This document shows positions 61,202 through 64,000 of a stretch of 64,000 nt of DNA, piece by piece; positions within the stretch are counted from its first letter, which is position 1, and every line of letters begins with the position of its first letter. The notes below the pieces were generated by a model, which ran no database searches, was not told the origin of the DNA, and was given only the letters and a program-made list of their open reading frames with translations. Where the stretch lies: assembly GCA_965652075.1 (NCBI GenBank), contig CBFGTN010000003.1, positions 5,402 through 69,401 of the forward strand. Direction: 5' to 3'. The translations under genes were made by a program, and so were the position numbers. This stretch comes from an uncultured bacterium. GTDB taxonomy: Bacteria; Chloroflexota; Limnocylindria; QHBO01.

Positions 61202-61786
61202 ATGCCCGATGCACCCATCGCCCGTACGGCGCGGTACGACGTGCTCCTGGCCGGCTCGCCGGGCCCGAACGTCGCGAGCACCTGCACGCTCGTCCGCGAC
61301 GGCGACGTGGTGGCTGTCGTCGATCCGGGCCTCGCGCCATCGCAGGACGCGATCGTCGGGCCGCTGCACGCGCTCGGGCTCCGGCCCGAGGACGTCACCG
61401 ATGTCGTGATCTCGCATCACCACCCCGATCACACGATCAACGTCGCGCTGTTCCCGCGGGCCCGCGTCCACGATCACTGGGCGATCTACGACTTCGCCGG
61501 CCGCTGGGACGACGTCGACTGCGAGGGCCGCGAGCTGTCGCCGTCGGTCCGACTGATCCGAACGGCGGGCCACACCCACGAGGATCTCTCGACGGTCGTG
61601 GGAACGCCGGAGGGCGTGGTCGTGCTCACCCACCTGTGGTGGACCGATACGGTGCCGGTCGAGGATCCGTACGCGCCCGACCCCGCCGTGCTCCACGCGT
61701 CGCGCGAGCGGGTCCTTGGCCTCGCCGACCTCATCGTCCCCGGCCACGGGGCGCCGTTCGCGCCGTCCGACGCGACGCCGCGCTGA
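61202..61786 (+). CDS. MBL-fold metallo-hydrolase
   Basis: The HxHxDH motif is VISHHHPDH, with a downstream GHTHED. Confidence 0.8.
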   Translation: MPDAPIARTARYDVLLAGSPGPNVASTCTLVRDGDVVAVVDPGLAPSQDAIVGPLHALGLRPEDVTDVVISHHHPDHTINVALFPRARVHDHWAIYDFAGRWDDVDCEGRELSPSVRLIRTAGHTHEDLSTVVGTPEGVVVLTHLWWTDTVPVEDPYAPDPAVLHASRERVLGLADLIVPGHGAPFAPSDATPR

Positions 61787-61805
61787 CGGGGCGTATCCTG
61801 CGGCC

Positions 61806-62219
61806 ATGGCTGACCTGCGCATCCGCGTCGGTGACCTCAGCTTCGAGGCGGACTGGGAGCCCGACGCTCCGCTCACCCGGGCGGCGCTCGAGCCGTGGCT
61901 TCCGATTCGTTCGCAGCTCATCCACTGCAAGTGGAGTGGCGAGTCGACGTGGATCCCGTTCGGCGACCAACGTCCTGACGTCGGGTTCGAGAACCACAAC
62001 TCGCATCCGGCTCCCGGCCAGCTGCTGATCTACACCGGCGAGATCAGCGAGTGCGAGATCCTCTTCCCGTATGGCGCGTGCAGCTTCAGCTCGCGCGTCG
62101 GGCCCCTCGCCGGCAACCACTTCGCGACCGTGACGAATGGCGGCGACCGGCTCACCGAGATGGGGCTGCGCGTGCTCTGGAAGGGCGCCCAGGAGATCGA
62201 GATCACCGCCGCGGAATGA
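61806..62219 (+). CDS. DUF3830-like (cyclophilin-fold) protein
   Basis: The sequence reads MADLRIRVGDLSFEADWEPDAPLTRAA...IHCKWSGESTWIPF...PGQLLIY. The family call is from memory. An ATGA overlap links it to the next gene. Confidence 0.55.
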   Translation: MADLRIRVGDLSFEADWEPDAPLTRAALEPWLPIRSQLIHCKWSGESTWIPFGDQRPDVGFENHNSHPAPGQLLIYTGEISECEILFPYGACSFSSRVGPLAGNHFATVTNGGDRLTEMGLRVLWKGAQEIEITAAE

Positions 62220-63574
62220 CCGACCTCGTCATCGCCGGCGGGACCGTCGTCACGCCCGAGGCCTCCGTCGTCGCGGATGTCGCCGTGCGCGATGGGCGGT
62301 TCGAGCGCATCGGTCCCAACCTCGCCACCGACGCGGCCGAGGTCATCGACGCGACCGGGCTGCTCGTTCTCCCCGGCGCGATCGACGTGCACACGCATCT
62401 TCGGCTGCCGGACGACGAGCATCCGCATCGGTTCACGCAGGACACGGTCGCCGCCGCGGCAGGCGGGACGACGACGGTCTTGACCTTCAACAATCCGGGC
62501 ACCGGCATCAGCGACGAGGGGGCACGCTCACCACTCCGCGGGCTCGCGGAGTTTCGATCCCGGACGGCGGGGGCGTCGGCGATCGACTTCGGACTGAGCG
62601 CGGTGATCGGCGGCCACCAGGACGACCCGATCGGTGAGCTGGAGGCGCTGATCGAGGCCGGCGTCCCGACGTTCAAGGCCTTCATGGTCTACGACTTCCG
62701 CCTCTCCGACGAGGTCCTCGACCGAGCCCTCCGGACGGCGGCCCGGCATGGCGGGATGCTCCAGGTTCACTGCGAGGAGCCGGCGATCATCGACCCGCTC
62801 GTCCGCGAGGCGGTGGCTCGCGGGGAGACGGCCTGCCGGTTCCACGCGCTGACCCGGCCGTCGGGCGCCGAGGGAGCGGCGACGCGCAAGGCGATCGAGA
62901 TGGCCCGCCGTGCGGAGGCGCCGGTCTACGTCGTGCACCTCTCGTGCGCCGAGGCGCTCGAGGCGGTCGCGGAGGCCAAGGCGCGTGGCGAGCCGGTCTT
63001 CGCGGAGACGTGCCCGCACTACCTGACGTTCACGGACGCGTTGTACGACGACCCGGACGAGGCGGAGGTCATCAAGCGCGTCATCTCACCGCCGTTGCGG
63101 ACGGCGGGGGACGTCGAAGCGCTGTGGGCCGGGCTCCGCGACGGGACCCTTGACGTCGTCGGCAGCGACCATGTGCCCGATCGGCTCGACACGGAGAAGG
63201 CAGTCCCGGCGCCGCCGTTTCCGGAGATCAGCAACGGCGGGCCTGGGGTCGAGACGCTGCTGGGAGTCGTCTTCTCGGAGGGCGTCGACCGCGGTCGGAT
63301 CACCGTCGAACGACTGTCGGAGGTGCTGTCCGCCGGCCCGGCGCGGCTCTTCGGACTGCCCTCGAAAGGGGTGATCGAGCCGGGCCGTGACGCGGATCTC
63401 GTTCTGTGGGACCCCACGGCCCGCCGGACCCTTCGTCAGCGACAGCTGCATCACACGAGCGACTACACGCCATACGAGGGAATGGAGGTGACCGGCGCGC
63501 CGGTGCGCGTGCTTGCGCGCGGGGCCGATCCCTCGGAGGGCGCGGGCCTCTTCCTCGAACGTCACCTCTCGTGA
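62216..63574 (+). CDS. Cyclic amidohydrolase (D-hydantoinase / dihydropyrimidinase / allantoinase family)
   Basis: LVIAGGTVVTPE...LPGAIDVHTHL (metal His pair), the FKAFMVY carbamylated-Lys block, VHCE, and a VGSDHVP Asp block are present. Confidence 0.85.
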   Translation: MTDLVIAGGTVVTPEASVVADVAVRDGRFERIGPNLATDAAEVIDATGLLVLPGAIDVHTHLRLPDDEHPHRFTQDTVAAAAGGTTTVLTFNNPGTGISDEGARSPLRGLAEFRSRTAGASAIDFGLSAVIGGHQDDPIGELEALIEAGVPTFKAFMVYDFRLSDEVLDRALRTAARHGGMLQVHCEEPAIIDPLVREAVARGETACRFHALTRPSGAEGAATRKAIEMARRAEAPVYVVHLSCAEALEAVAEAKARGEPVFAETCPHYLTFTDALYDDPDEAEVIKRVISPPLRTAGDVEALWAGLRDGTLDVVGSDHVPDRLDTEKAVPAPPFPEISNGGPGVETLLGVVFSEGVDRGRITVERLSEVLSAGPARLFGLPSKGVIEPGRDADLVLWDPTARRTLRQRQLHHTSDYTPYEGMEVTGAPVRVLARGADPSEGAGLFLERHLS

Positions 63575-63612
63575 CCGCGGAACCGCGGCGGTCGGGCGCG
63601 CGTCGGGGGCGC

Positions 63613-64000
63613 ATGCGACACGCAACCCTGGCGATCGCCCTTCTCCTCACGGCGTGCGGCTCGGCCGGCACGGCGCCGACCGCACCGCCATCGGCGACCG
63701 GCGCGGGCGAGCTCGACCTTGATGGCACGTGGCAGCTCACCGCCGGTACCGACGTGCCGATCGTTGACGACTACCCGATCACGCTCACGTTCACCGGATC
63801 CGAGGTCGGCGGGACCTCGGCCTGCAACGAGTACGGTGGCCGCGTCGCGCGTGCGGGCGGCACGTTCTCGATCGGCGAGCTGGGCGGGACCGACATGGCC
63901 TGCAAGGGGGACGTCATGGCGGCCGAGGCCGCGTACCTCGCCGCGCTGCGCGAGGTCGCCGCGATCGCTCGCGAGGGCGAGGAGCTGGTCCTGTCCGGGC
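63613..64000 (+). CDS. META-domain (HslJ-like) lipoprotein. Only the N-terminal part is present; the gene runs off the right edge.
   Basis: The lipobox is LLLTACGS. It is followed by LDGTWQLT...ITLTF...GGTSACNEYGG...TDMAC, as in META domains. Confidence 0.65.
   Translation, partial: MRHATLAIALLLTACGSAGTAPTAPPSATGAGELDLDGTWQLTAGTDVPIVDDYPITLTFTGSEVGGTSACNEYGGRVARAGGTFSIGELGGTDMACKGDVMAAEAAYLAALREVAAIAREGEELVLSG

Noticed and set aside
1-64000. Mobile elements, prophage, genomic-island or defence-island signatures (integrase, transposase, terminal inverted repeats, tRNA-flanked insertion, restriction-modification, toxin-antitoxin).
   Set aside because: No ORF shows DDE or tyrosine/serine-recombinase motifs. 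Composition is uniformly GC-rich apart from short promoter-sized AT patches. The gene content is core housekeeping and metabolism.

Overview
This is a very GC-rich, gene-dense chromosomal segment; third codon positions are almost all G/C. Its content fits Actinomycetota-like or other high-GC Terrabacteria: DUF3090, a luciferase-like F420-type oxidoreductase, and many apparently leaderless genes. I support about 70 protein genes. Most are housekeeping. They cover NHEJ ligase LigD, Fe-S biogenesis (NfuA-like), translation (thrS, infC-rpmI-rplT, pheS-pheT, tyrS, an EF-G paralogue) and DNA repair (mpg, mutS2, ruvC-ruvA). They also include a class A PBP, paaABCD, a urate-to-allantoin cluster (uox-uraD-uraH plus DUF3830 and a hydantoinase), ion channels and transporters, and several regulators (XRE-TPR, WYL, ArsR-like, YebC). 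I found no rRNA, tRNA, CRISPR array, transposase, integrase or prophage signature. The many long R/A/P/G-rich ORFs in the track that lie antisense to these genes are high-GC artefacts. The most interesting signal is absent from the ORF track. It is a 42-codon ORF (4242..4370, minus) with a good SD, coding-like GC3 and a signal-peptide-like N-terminus. It lies divergent from a 433-aa HTH(XRE)+TPR regulator, an arrangement that resembles RRNPP-type secreted-peptide quorum-sensing cassettes. Directly downstream of that regulator is a compact unit of promoter, two hairpins and a U-tract terminator that could be a small RNA. Other notable points are listed below.
- infC appears to use a CTG start behind a leader hairpin.
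- At least seven genes have a TANNNT box 6-7 nt upstream of the start codon and no SD.
- Four of eleven convergent gene pairs share their stop codons in a CTAG tetranucleotide.
- One giant protein combines nuclease, exonuclease and helicase domains.
- A secreted protein carries a caspase-like His/Cys dyad plus a DPBB-like domain.
- A metallophosphoesterase and a nucleotidyltransferase are translationally coupled.
- An AI-2E transporter is tandemly duplicated within one ORF.
- paaE and ruvB are missing from operons that are otherwise canonical.

All functional calls rest on motifs read by eye from the translations. No database search was run.
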